Origin: Candidatus Methanomethylophilaceae archaeon | GTDB taxonomy: Archaea; Thermoplasmatota; Thermoplasmata; Methanomassiliicoccales; Methanomethylophilaceae | DNA length: 64,000 nt | Assembly (NCBI GenBank): GCA_050944155.1 | Contig: JBMNQN010000002.1 | Coordinates: 64,001 to 128,000, forward strand | Direction of reading: 5' to 3' | Shown here: piece after piece, positions 10,001 to 18,346 of the stretch | How positions within the stretch are numbered: the stretch's first letter is position 1 | Layout: each line of letters opens with the position of its first letter | The notes under the pieces: model-generated | What the model was told of the DNA's origin: nothing | Databases searched by the model: none | The model's input: only the letters and a program-made list of their open reading frames with translations | Translations under genes and position numbers: made by a program

Positions 10001-11077
10001 TCCGTTGTACAGGTAACGGTATTCCGCTTCGGAATATCCGCAGCCTTCCATGATTTCCCTTATGTAGGGCGAGGCCGAAAGGGTTTCTTTCTTGGTAATG
10101 AACGAAACCAAAGAGTCCCAGGCGTTTCTGACCTTGTCCGAAGCCTTGTCTATGAAATCGGCCGCTATGTTTCCGCAGAAATAATCCGCCCATCTCAGTA
10201 CGATTTCGTCCGTCGCGGACATGAGGGCCTGAGCGTATACGGCTCCCAAATCCACTGTGAGGTATCCGTCTTCGGCAATGCCGTCGGCAAGATCCAGTTT
10301 CTCGAAACCGCGGAACGTCCCGTCGGAAGAGTCTCTGAAATTCGTCATTTCCAGTGCGGAGACGCAGTCGCGGTATGATTTGCGGACGTCTTCCTTGGTA
10401 AGAATCTGTGCGGTTCCCATATTTCCGTTGGCAGCCAGAGACCCGTACCCATTGATGACTCTCTGTTGTGCCAGTGCGGTAAGCTGGTAGGTCATCATCT
10501 GCGAGAGTATCGACCCTTCGCCGGTAAGGGAAAGTTCGAAAAGAGATCCCTGTTCCGCGACCAGAGGCAGGGCGCAGCTGCCGTCCGAGTTTATCGTTAT
10601 TGTTTTTTCCGCCGACGCGGAATCGCACTCGAAGGAAGCTTTGAATCTGCCGGAAGCCCCCAGATAAGAAGGAACGTAGCTTCCCTCGGCAACTTTCATG
10701 TTCCTGGAAACCAGATTGACGGAAAATTCCGAAACCGTTATCCTGACGCATCCGCAGTACGACGGAAACTGAAGTTCCATCCATTTTTCGGCGTCGGTTT
10801 CGAATTTTTCCGCCCTCTCTTTCAGCGTGCCTCCGTCGGGGTCGTTCCCGACGGACATAATCAGTTCTCCCAAACCTCTGTTGACGAAAATCTCCGCATC
10901 CCGCATTGCGCGTCCGACCGTTTCCGTTTCCTTTTCGACGTTTCCGGCTCTGTCGTCTGCGTCGCCTATCTGCGAGCTCACCACTCCGTATCCCAGCGCT
11001 ATTACCAGAATCGTGACTGCTATTATAGCGAAAGGCATGCTCCCTTTTCTGTTTCCCGTACCGCGGATTTTTCTCAT
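7028..11077 (-). CDS. Large secreted/membrane-anchored protein with lamin-tail domain
   Basis: ~1350-aa ORF; N-terminal RKG|SMPF followed by a hydrophobic helix; VVINEVESNP...EWVEIYN...DISGY lamin-tail signature; start chosen at ATG 11077. Confidence 0.85.
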   Translation of the reverse strand: MRKIRGTGNRKGSMPFAIIAVTILVIALGYGVVSSQIGDADDRAGNVEKETETVGRAMRDAEIFVNRGLGELIMSVGNDPDGGTLKERAEKFETDAEKWMELQFPSYCGCVRITVSEFSVNLVSRNMKVAEGSYVPSYLGASGRFKASFECDSASAEKTITINSDGSCALPLVAEQGSLFELSLTGEGSILSQMMTYQLTALAQQRVINGYGSLAANGNMGTAQILTKEDVRKSYRDCVSALEMTNFRDSSDGTFRGFEKLDLADGIAEDGYLTVDLGAVYAQALMSATDEIVLRWADYFCGNIAADFIDKASDKVRNAWDSLVSFITKKETLSASPYIREIMEGCGYSEAEYRYLYNGKAAKYYVPEISVSKTVDGEVKTLRTGGEYVTVPYPDVDVLAWEGLCKFKSEYRFGTNEITEWMRSILHTAAINVAADKTAFSVRIKVDGTDSVTFSKSIETGIGAALGKLESEIEKFMKTSINNQTIFDPFCSAIAEKIKNHKDEVFGISQFKSNMRLRANTSWAASEDAAFFDINERLAFCKKAMDAYCNEELLEEYKHAAEEMCQRYDSMLKVPGGQSGMVKKFMTMICEKIMPMISVVDDIPERMWNMCGEMCRNMDMNPYCGVIKMPGSDSFVLRDKHSETKEKIKIADKLNPDIRVYGPNENLKDCVHHVGFNEKKGAAFCTVFRVSLKDSLDYTASGTGDISSVLGLNDSAMRSSVPIDVDIKIAVVSGWGLSGVSSYTPTNTIFSDGWALLVKALEPLLEPLRKIVGMLRELVVLINSALLELSKYVSKVIERIYDTIIGPMAELKEFAEKYLDSMMNRSIGGFVNMTEYIFKATMKKQTVGISFLGLALTFSFDIVSMAKNVRNIVTVSLSGEISGLKLKSGLTIKEKDTQSGKDFFLTGDASLKGKEWNLKMKFDPLMKSMKHLVTIEGEVRGTSFDIAMPEVVQYRETGVRLSDIEGIGTAISNIPLPALGLKGSLDAGLEIKYNVPFEEGVVINEVESNPPGDDKGAEWVEIYNSSFETADISGYSISAGTNEIKKKMYLGETVLAPHERLLVPLDDHVVLVNGKNGALNGEKVVLRDKEGKIVDETPVFTDTNNSSYTWQRVADGAVDWTFAKGTPGEGNCGGLVNGDMMKGYMKKIFKDSAIRALEEMDGVLDGTEDLSAFLQRTIQDAISSTIDMIAGCMVEASLFVSFDVSDAAGASATGIRIALSIDSETVGNTLKYIVGEIEALLFNMENPYGIDGSKIPFDDVDLAVSVYTGMATPGFLGGTDIVPTVRAGAYVSCNISGLCAVLGKDTGNWEVNTGIRIEDCPSVLLPKSMKTDPNLKSDLWLIKAKIREA

Positions 11078-11206
11078 TATCGGGTTATCCGCGGGCAGGA
11101 GACTTAAGACGGGCAACAGCAGTTAGTATAACCGGGACCGGAAACCCGTAAAACATACTATAAATAAGAAGCATTATACTTGACCGAATTACATCGAGGC
11201 TCAGAA

Positions 11207-12829
11207 ATGACATCGACTACAGCACCTAGCGCGCTTCAGAAGGGACTTCCCAAAAAAACGGAATCACTGTGTCCGGAATGCGGAAAGCTCGTAGAGGCGA
11301 CGATTTACGAGAAGGACGGGAAGGTATTCATGGACAAGGAATGTCCGGAACACGGCAAGTTTTCCGACATTTATTGGTCGGACGTCGATGCCTATCTCAG
11401 AGCGGAATATTTCGCCTATGACGGAGTGGGGCTCAGAAATCCCCACGACAAATCCCTTGCCGAGGGAGAAAACGTCAACTTCATGATTTCGGGCAAGCGG
11501 GTGGACGTGAAGTCCTGCACGGCGTTGGCTCTCATAGATCTGACCAACAGATGCAACATGAACTGCCCCATCTGTTTTGCCAACGCAAACCAGGCGGGAT
11601 ACGTGTACGAACCTTCCTACGAGGAAGTCGTGGCGATGATGGAAGCCCTCCGTGCCGAGGAGCCGATCAAATGTACCGCGCTGCAGTTCTCCGGAGGCGA
11701 GCCCACGGTGCACCCGAGACTCGTCGACATAATAAAGAAATCCAAGGAGCTCAAGTTCGCCCAGGTTCAGGTGGCGACCAACGGGATATCCTTCGCCAAG
11801 AATTACGAACTCCTGAAACAGTGCAAACTCGCGGGCCTGAACACGATATACCTTTCTTTCGACGGCGTCACTGACGACATATATCTCCAGGCCAGAGACA
11901 GAAAGATGTTCGACATCAAACTCAAAGTTATCGAGAACTGCAGAAGGCTCAAAGAAGAAGTGGGAAGCTCCCCGTCGATCGTTCTCGTACCCACCCTCGT
12001 AAGGGGAGTCAACGACCACCAGGTCGGCGATATCGTGAAATTCGCTTTCGACAATTCCGACGTCGTACGCGGAGTAAACTTCCAGCCGGTCGCGTTTACC
12101 GGAAGGATAACCAGAGAGGAACTCGAGAAGGGAAGGATAACCCTGACCGATCTCGTGAATCTTTTCATAGAGCAGACCGGATACACCGAACCGGAAGACT
12201 GGTATCCCGTTCCCGTCGTCGCTCCCGTTTCGAGATTCGCATCCGAATTCCTGGACCAGCAGAAAGTTACCTTCACGGCGCACCCCCACTGCGGTCTCGC
12301 CACGTATCTTTTCAAATCGGACGACGGCAACGTAATACCCATGCCCCATTTCATAGACGTGAAAAAGTTCTCCGACGGACTGGACGAACTTGCGTCGAAA
12401 ATGTCCGACTCCAAATTCAAGAAATTCTACGCCACGAAGGTCCTGAAACTGCTGAACAAGTGCATAGACGAAAGCAAGATTCCGGACGGAATGTCCAAGA
12501 AAAAGTTCATCAAAATGCTGTACAGCGTCATGGGAAACAAATCCAAGAAGAATCTCGCATCCTTCTCGTGGAGAGCCATGTACATAGGGGCCATGCACTT
12601 CCAGGATTCGTACAACTACGATTTGGCGAGAGTGGAACGCTGCGCCATCCACTATATAACTCCCGACCTGAAGGTCATACCTTTCTGCGCCTACAACGGA
12701 GGGCCCGAATACCGTTCGAAAGTCGAAGAGAAGTTTTCGATGCCCCTTGCGGAGTGGAAAGTCAAGCATAAAGAAGAAGCAAAGGCACTGGAGGAAGCTC
12801 TCGTCGTGCCCGAAGAACAGAAAGAATGA
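11207..12829 (+). CDS. tes: Radical SAM tetraether lipid synthase (Tes / GDGT-MAS, MJ0619 family)
   Basis: N-terminal CPEC...CPEH metal site, CNMNCPIC radical SAM motif, SGGEPT, HPHC and C-terminal RC...PFC; next to GGR. Confidence 0.88.
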   Translation: MTSTTAPSALQKGLPKKTESLCPECGKLVEATIYEKDGKVFMDKECPEHGKFSDIYWSDVDAYLRAEYFAYDGVGLRNPHDKSLAEGENVNFMISGKRVDVKSCTALALIDLTNRCNMNCPICFANANQAGYVYEPSYEEVVAMMEALRAEEPIKCTALQFSGGEPTVHPRLVDIIKKSKELKFAQVQVATNGISFAKNYELLKQCKLAGLNTIYLSFDGVTDDIYLQARDRKMFDIKLKVIENCRRLKEEVGSSPSIVLVPTLVRGVNDHQVGDIVKFAFDNSDVVRGVNFQPVAFTGRITREELEKGRITLTDLVNLFIEQTGYTEPEDWYPVPVVAPVSRFASEFLDQQKVTFTAHPHCGLATYLFKSDDGNVIPMPHFIDVKKFSDGLDELASKMSDSKFKKFYATKVLKLLNKCIDESKIPDGMSKKKFIKMLYSVMGNKSKKNLASFSWRAMYIGAMHFQDSYNYDLARVERCAIHYITPDLKVIPFCAYNGGPEYRSKVEEKFSMPLAEWKVKHKEEAKALEEALVVPEEQKE

Positions 12830-12839
12830 GGTTGAAAAG

Positions 12840-13010
12840 ATGACGATATTGGTTAATGCCGACAAATGCCTGCACTGCGGAGGATGTGCCGGGTCGTGTC
12901 CGAAAAATGCGATATTCATGAACGATTTCGTTCTCGAATTCAGCAGCGAATGCAATTCCTGTGGCAGATGCGTTAAAATATGCCCCGTTGCGGCGCTGAG
13001 GATGGAGTGA
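12840..13010 (+). CDS. 2x[4Fe-4S] ferredoxin
   Basis: CLHCGGCAGSCP and CNSCGRCVKICP. Confidence 0.93.
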   Translation: MTILVNADKCLHCGGCAGSCPKNAIFMNDFVLEFSSECNSCGRCVKICPVAALRME

Positions 13011-13015
13011 TTCCC

Positions 13016-14212
13016 GTGAAGACGTACACATGCGACATTGTGGTGGTGGGAGCCGGCCCCGGAGGGAGCATGGCCGCCAAATTCTGCGCTAAAGCGGGAC
13101 TCGATACCATACTCATAGAGAAGAAAGCCGAAATAGGATCTCCCCTGAGATGTGCCGAAGGCGTATCCAAAAAATGGCTGGAAGAGGTGGGAATCGAACC
13201 GGATCCGGCATGGATCTGTGCCGACATGGCCGGAGCGGTGATACGCTCTCCCGGAGGATACACCTTCCAGCTGGACGAAAGCCGTGCGGGTTCAGAAGTG
13301 GGATACGTTCTCGAAAGACATCTGTTCGACAAAGCTCTCGCCCGCGACGCGGCGGAAGCCGGCGCTAAGATAATGATGCGCACTTCCTGTACCGGAGTCG
13401 TAAGAGACAAGAACGGAAAGATTACCGGTATCGAGGCGAGAAGTTTCGGCGAAAAAATCATAATCAACGCGAAATGCATAGTCGCGGCAGACGGATACGA
13501 GTCCCAGGTGGGCAGATGGGCCGGAATACCCACGGTTCAGAAGTCGAGCGACATCGTAACCTGTATCCAGTACAGACTCACCAACATAGACGTCAGCCAG
13601 GAATTCTGCGAGTTCGTCATCGGAAACGAGATTGCTCCCGGAGGATACCTTTGGATATTCCCCAAGGGAAACCGTACCGCCAACGTGGGACTGGGCGTTT
13701 CCGCAAGCAGATGCAAAATCCCCGCTGCGCCGAAACACTATCTGGATAAGTTCATATCATCCGACGACCGCCTCAAGAACGGACAGATTCTCGAGATATG
13801 CGGAGGAATGGTTACGACCAACCCCGGTCTCGATTCCGCCATCGCCGACAACATAATTCTGGTGGGCGACGCCGCGAGGATAATCGATCCGATTACGGGC
13901 GGAGGAATATGCCACGCTTGCAGAACCGGAATGTACGCCGGAAAGGTTCTCGCCGAGTGCGCAAAGAAGAACGACTTTTCCGAAAAAGCCCTCAAACCCT
14001 ACGAAAAGATGTGGAGGGACAGGATGGAAGACAAAATCTACAGAAACTGGATGGCCAAAGAGAGGCTCAACGAGATCGACGACAAGACCATGGACGATCT
14101 TGTCCAGATCATCGGCGATTCCACACTGACCGAGATGAACGTCTACAACCTGCTTAAAATCATCAAGGAAAAGTATCCGAAAGTCGTGGAAGGTTTCGAA
14201 GACCTTATCTGA
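13016..14212 (+). CDS. Digeranylgeranylglycerophospholipid reductase (geranylgeranyl reductase)
   Basis: GAGPGG FAD motif, RCAEG, PGGYLWIFPK, GDAA...GGGI; GTG start inferred. Confidence 0.92.
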   Translation: MKTYTCDIVVVGAGPGGSMAAKFCAKAGLDTILIEKKAEIGSPLRCAEGVSKKWLEEVGIEPDPAWICADMAGAVIRSPGGYTFQLDESRAGSEVGYVLERHLFDKALARDAAEAGAKIMMRTSCTGVVRDKNGKITGIEARSFGEKIIINAKCIVAADGYESQVGRWAGIPTVQKSSDIVTCIQYRLTNIDVSQEFCEFVIGNEIAPGGYLWIFPKGNRTANVGLGVSASRCKIPAAPKHYLDKFISSDDRLKNGQILEICGGMVTTNPGLDSAIADNIILVGDAARIIDPITGGGICHACRTGMYAGKVLAECAKKNDFSEKALKPYEKMWRDRMEDKIYRNWMAKERLNEIDDKTMDDLVQIIGDSTLTEMNVYNLLKIIKEKYPKVVEGFEDLI

Positions 14213-14221
14213 AACTGATTT

Positions 14222-14237
14222 CCCGGCTTTTGCCGGG
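14222..14237. terminator. GC hairpin between convergent GGR and mvk
   Basis: CCCGGC-TTTT-GCCGGG followed by a T-rich tract. Confidence 0.55.
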
Positions 14238-14248
14238 CTTCTTAATTT

Positions 14249-15178
14249 TTATTCGGCCCTCACGCCGGGTTCTCCGGTTTTTACCGTTATGGGGGTTCCG
14301 CCGCGGGAAGATATCGCTTTGCTTACCTTTTCGGGTTCGTCTGTCAGCGCCAACATGCTTCCTCCGCCTCCCGCCCCGGTGAGTTTCGCCCCGTAGGAAT
14401 AATCGGATACGGCATCCACCAGCTTGTTCAGTTCGGGCCCCGAGACACCGAGAATGGAAAGGAGTTTGTGATCTTTGGTCATCAGGCCTCCGAGTTTCAC
14501 CCTATCCCCTTTCTTTATCGCGTCCATGCCTTCGAGGGTGACTGTTCCTATCTCGTCGATTATGTCTTTTGCAAAACTGTTTCTTTCTTTGTATCTCCGT
14601 ACCTTTTCCACCAGAGGTCCGGTCAGAGCTTTCTTTCCCGTGTAGCCTATGACGAAAGTCATCTCCGGAACATCGAGACCGCATATGTCCCAGACGTTCT
14701 TTCCCCGTTCTACTCTCCAAAGGAGATTTTCCGGCTCCGGTGCGTTCACGGCGATGCCCATTCCGTGCACTGAAGCGGAAGTATCCATGGGACTGCCGAT
14801 TCCCTGAACCGAATATTCGGCTTCGTAGGCTTCTTTGGCGACGGCTTCGGAATCCGTCGGTTCTCCCAGAAGACTGCGTACGGCGAAGGAAAACGAGGCG
14901 GCAAGGGCCGCCGAGGACCCCAGACCGGAACCGGACGGTATGTCGCTCTCCGTCGTTATTTCGATATCCGGATGACCGTGGACGTCCAGTACGGAAAGTA
15001 TGTGGGGATGAAGTGCCAGGGCGTTTTCTTCTCCGTTAATCGTCACCCTGTCGCTCTTCGATACGGTACACTTGAAACGTCTGTCGATTGCCACCGCTAC
15101 GGCTGGTTTTCCGAAGACGACTGCGTGTTCGCCGAGTATGACGAATTTTCCGGGTGCCGATGCGGATGCGGTTTTCAT
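14249..15178 (-). CDS. mvk: Mevalonate kinase
   Basis: APGKFVILGEHAVV, PSGSGLGSSAA, GAKLTGAGGGG GHMP motifs. Confidence 0.95.
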   Translation of the reverse strand: MKTASASAPGKFVILGEHAVVFGKPAVAVAIDRRFKCTVSKSDRVTINGEENALALHPHILSVLDVHGHPDIEITTESDIPSGSGLGSSAALAASFSFAVRSLLGEPTDSEAVAKEAYEAEYSVQGIGSPMDTSASVHGMGIAVNAPEPENLLWRVERGKNVWDICGLDVPEMTFVIGYTGKKALTGPLVEKVRRYKERNSFAKDIIDEIGTVTLEGMDAIKKGDRVKLGGLMTKDHKLLSILGVSGPELNKLVDAVSDYSYGAKLTGAGGGGSMLALTDEPEKVSKAISSRGGTPITVKTGEPGVRAE

Positions 15179-15693
15179 TCCATGAGCCCGTACCGTTTCA
15201 TGTTTTCGACGATGGCATCGTTGGGATTTCTTTTACCGAGTTTCGGCTGGGGTATGGACCACCATTCTTCTTCGAAATCTCTGATGGCTCTTTCGTATTC
15301 TTCGTTGTCCGCGAATTTTTTAGGGTCCACGGAAAGCAGAGCCTTCTGCTGTTCTTTGAAAAGATCCACGCCGAATTTCTTGTTCGTCAGAGCAACGCCG
15401 ATGTAGCTGTCGAAGACGTAGGACAGTTCTTCCGTCGTATCAGGCGTTGTGCATTCCATCACCATATCCAGCACGGCGTTGGCGGTCATTTTGAAGATAA
15501 GCTCTCTTTTCGCCTCTTCCGGAAGTTCCTCGGAATCTACGGATTCCATCAGTTCTTCGAACCAGAGTTCTTTCATTGCCGAAACTCTGCGAGGATTCTT
15601 TCCGAACAGCTGTCCGTAGAGAATTTCTTCTTCGGATTTTTCTTCTTCTTCTCCGAAGAGTCCGGAGTTGGGGTCGACTGTGGGGTTGTTCAT
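15175..15693 (-). CDS. Acidic hypothetical protein with a C-terminal WWxxPxxxLGxxxP motif
   Basis: 172-aa ORF overlapping both neighbours by 4 nt (ATGA). Confidence 0.8.
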   Translation of the reverse strand: MNNPTVDPNSGLFGEEEEKSEEEILYGQLFGKNPRRVSAMKELWFEELMESVDSEELPEEAKRELIFKMTANAVLDMVMECTTPDTTEELSYVFDSYIGVALTNKKFGVDLFKEQQKALLSVDPKKFADNEEYERAIRDFEEEWWSIPQPKLGKRNPNDAIVENMKRYGLME

Positions 15694-16817
15694 TTTCTCA
15701 GCCTCTTTATCGTCTTCTCGAGTATATCCATTCCCGCCGAAATCTTACTTTCGTCGGCGGCATAGGAAAATCTGAGGTGCCCTTCTCCGTATTTTCCGAA
15801 CGCGGATCCGGGGGTGCATATCAGGCCGTCGCCGGCCAATATATTTGCAAGTTCGGACGAAGGCATATCCATGTCGTAAGACGGGAACGCATAAAACGCA
15901 CCTTTCGGTGGAATGATTTCCATACCTTCTATTTCGTTGATTCTTTTCGAAATCAGGTCTCTTCTGTTTTTGAAAACCGATTTGGCTTTTTCCAGATATG
16001 AGTCAATTCCGGGGAAGGCGGCCAAAACACCGTACTGGAACGGCATGGCGGGACCGGCACATACGTGATACTGCATCTTTATCAGATCGCTGACGTATTT
16101 TTCGTCCGCGCAAAGAATTCCGAGTCTCCATCCCGTGACGGCCATCATTTTGGAAAATCCGTTTACGACTATCGCCCTGTCGAGGCGGTTCATGAAAGAG
16201 CGGTATTTTCCTTCGTAAACGAAAGAGTCGTAAACTTCGTCGGCAAGGATGAACAGGTCTTTGTCTTCGGCGATGTCGAGCAACGCTCTGTAAGTATCTT
16301 CCGAAAGCACCCCTCCCGTGGGGTTGGAAGGATTGTTTACTGCGATTATTTTTGTGTTTTTCGTGATTTTGCTCTGAATATCGTCGATATCAGGTTGAAA
16401 ATCTCCCTTGGTGAGTCTGTACTCTTCGTATTTTCCTCCTGCAAGTACGGTGTGGGGACCGTAAACGACGAATCCCGGGCTAGGAATGAGAACTTCGTCT
16501 CCTGGGCCTATGAACGACTGGATTACTTCGAAAAGCGCGGTCGAACCGCTGGGAGTAATAATGATGTTGTTTCTGCCGAGCTTTCCGTATTTCGAAAAGT
16601 ACGATGCTACGGTATCTCTGAGTTCGGGTATGCCCGCGGTGGGGCCGTATTTGTTAAGACCCGCCGAGGCGGCGTCGATCATTCCCTTTATGGCGGCCTC
16701 CGGGGGAGCCATGTCGGGTTCTCCCAGACCCAGGTTTATCGAATCCGGTCCCGCGAGATCGAACATTTTTCTGATTCCGGACATGGGGACGGACGAAAGT
16801 CTGTCGGAAATTTTCAT
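15690..16817 (-). CDS. PLP-dependent class I/II (aspartate-type) aminotransferase
   Basis: NNPSNPTG, DEVY, GFSKMMAVTGWRLG. Confidence 0.94.
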   Translation of the reverse strand: MKISDRLSSVPMSGIRKMFDLAGPDSINLGLGEPDMAPPEAAIKGMIDAASAGLNKYGPTAGIPELRDTVASYFSKYGKLGRNNIIITPSGSTALFEVIQSFIGPGDEVLIPSPGFVVYGPHTVLAGGKYEEYRLTKGDFQPDIDDIQSKITKNTKIIAVNNPSNPTGGVLSEDTYRALLDIAEDKDLFILADEVYDSFVYEGKYRSFMNRLDRAIVVNGFSKMMAVTGWRLGILCADEKYVSDLIKMQYHVCAGPAMPFQYGVLAAFPGIDSYLEKAKSVFKNRRDLISKRINEIEGMEIIPPKGAFYAFPSYDMDMPSSELANILAGDGLICTPGSAFGKYGEGHLRFSYAADESKISAGMDILEKTIKRLRK

Positions 16818-16917
16818 GAATCGTAATCCGGAGAGTACCCTATATTATTTTCCAAAATCATGCCGGACGTTACCGTTCTTCCTTTATGTTTTATACTTTC
16901 ATGCGGCTGACGGAACC

Positions 16918-17202
16918 ATGGACTTCCGCCGCGGAATCATAGAAAACGGAAAATACGCCGTAATCTGGACGGTTATGTGTCTGGCCGGCATCATCGTTAT
17001 GCTGACCGGAACATTCGGCGTTATCGGCCTTGCCGGAATCCCGGCATCGGGTTCTCTGTTTGCCGCAGGCGCGGTTATGATAGTGTTTTCGGCGGCGATA
17101 ATATTCTACAATTCCCACAGACTGGGTCTTCTCGGCGGAAACGCCGCCGAAGTTCCGGCGGAGAACAAGAAAAGAATAAGCCACCATAAAAGGAAGAAAT
17201 GA
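16918..17202 (+). CDS. Small two-TM membrane protein
   Basis: 94 aa from ATG 16918, two hydrophobic helices, basic tail; abuts the next gene. Confidence 0.65.
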   Translation: MDFRRGIIENGKYAVIWTVMCLAGIIVMLTGTFGVIGLAGIPASGSLFAAGAVMIVFSAAIIFYNSHRLGLLGGNAAEVPAENKKRISHHKRKK

Positions 17203-17203
17203 A

Positions 17204-18346
17204 ATGGCAGCGCTAAACGCAGAGATGATTTACTTCATGTTCGAGTCGGCAAACATGCGCAGGTGGAACGACCACCTCCGCCCCATGGATCTGACCGAAC
17301 AGGACAAGCAGGCACACAAGGCAGCGGTAGCCTGGGTCATTGCCAAATTCGAAGAAGATGCAGGAAACAAAGTCGACTGGGACATCCTCATAGAACACAA
17401 TCTTTTCGCTTTCATCTCCCGCATGGTCCTGACGGATCTGAAGCCCCAGCTCTACCACCGCATCGTCAGGGAAAAAGAGGAACAGGTCAACGAGTACGTG
17501 ATGAGCGAATTCAAAAGAAGCGTCCCAAACGCCGGAAAGGAATTCTTCGAGCGTTTGGAAAATTACCTGAAATCTCCGAAAACTCTGCCGGAAGACCGGA
17601 TCATCAGCGCCGCCCACTACTGGGCGTCGAGATGCGAATTCGAACTGATTAAAGATATGAACGACGGACGGTTCAAAGCGGAAGTTACGGAAAAGGAACT
17701 CGACGGAAAAATTGCCGAACACCTGGAAGTGCAGGGTGTGAAAAAAGCCGTCAACGACGAAGGCGCACGCGGTTTCATTAATCTCGTCGGACAGCTGAGG
17801 TTCCAGCAGAGGTGGGCAAAAACTCCCCGCATACCGAAAACCACGGTACTGGGTCATTCCTTTATGGTCGCAAATATGGTGTTTCTGAACGACATCGACA
17901 GAGGAATATCCGGCAGACAGCTTTACAACGATTATTACACGGCGCTGTTTCACGACCTTCCCGAAGTTCTGACCAAGGACGTAATTTCTCCGATTAAGAG
18001 AAACGTCAACGGGCTGGCGGACCTTTTGGAAAGTTATGAAAAAGAGCTTGTCGAAAGCGAAATAATGCCTCTGCTTCCGTCATCCTGGCACAGGGAAATG
18101 GAGTTTCTGCTGTACGGTCCCTTCGAGGACACCGACGATCCGGTGCTGGGAAAACGTTCCGGAAAGACGATAAAATCCTGCGACCTTCTTGCGGCTTACG
18201 TGGAAGCCCACGTTTCCATATGCTACGGGGTGTCCTCCAGGTCTCTGAAAGAAGGGGAAGAGGAGCTCAGAACCAGACTGATGCAGGACGGAGGAAACAT
18301 TGATGCGGAAGAGCTGATAATCAGACTCGGCCGTATCAACGTTTAA
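17204..18346 (+). CDS. Tandem HD-domain (YfbR-like) phosphohydrolase
   Basis: Two repeats beginning RW...H; the second has ALFHDLPE...D. Confidence 0.85.
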   Translation: MAALNAEMIYFMFESANMRRWNDHLRPMDLTEQDKQAHKAAVAWVIAKFEEDAGNKVDWDILIEHNLFAFISRMVLTDLKPQLYHRIVREKEEQVNEYVMSEFKRSVPNAGKEFFERLENYLKSPKTLPEDRIISAAHYWASRCEFELIKDMNDGRFKAEVTEKELDGKIAEHLEVQGVKKAVNDEGARGFINLVGQLRFQQRWAKTPRIPKTTVLGHSFMVANMVFLNDIDRGISGRQLYNDYYTALFHDLPEVLTKDVISPIKRNVNGLADLLESYEKELVESEIMPLLPSSWHREMEFLLYGPFEDTDDPVLGKRSGKTIKSCDLLAAYVEAHVSICYGVSSRSLKEGEEELRTRLMQDGGNIDAEELIIRLGRINV

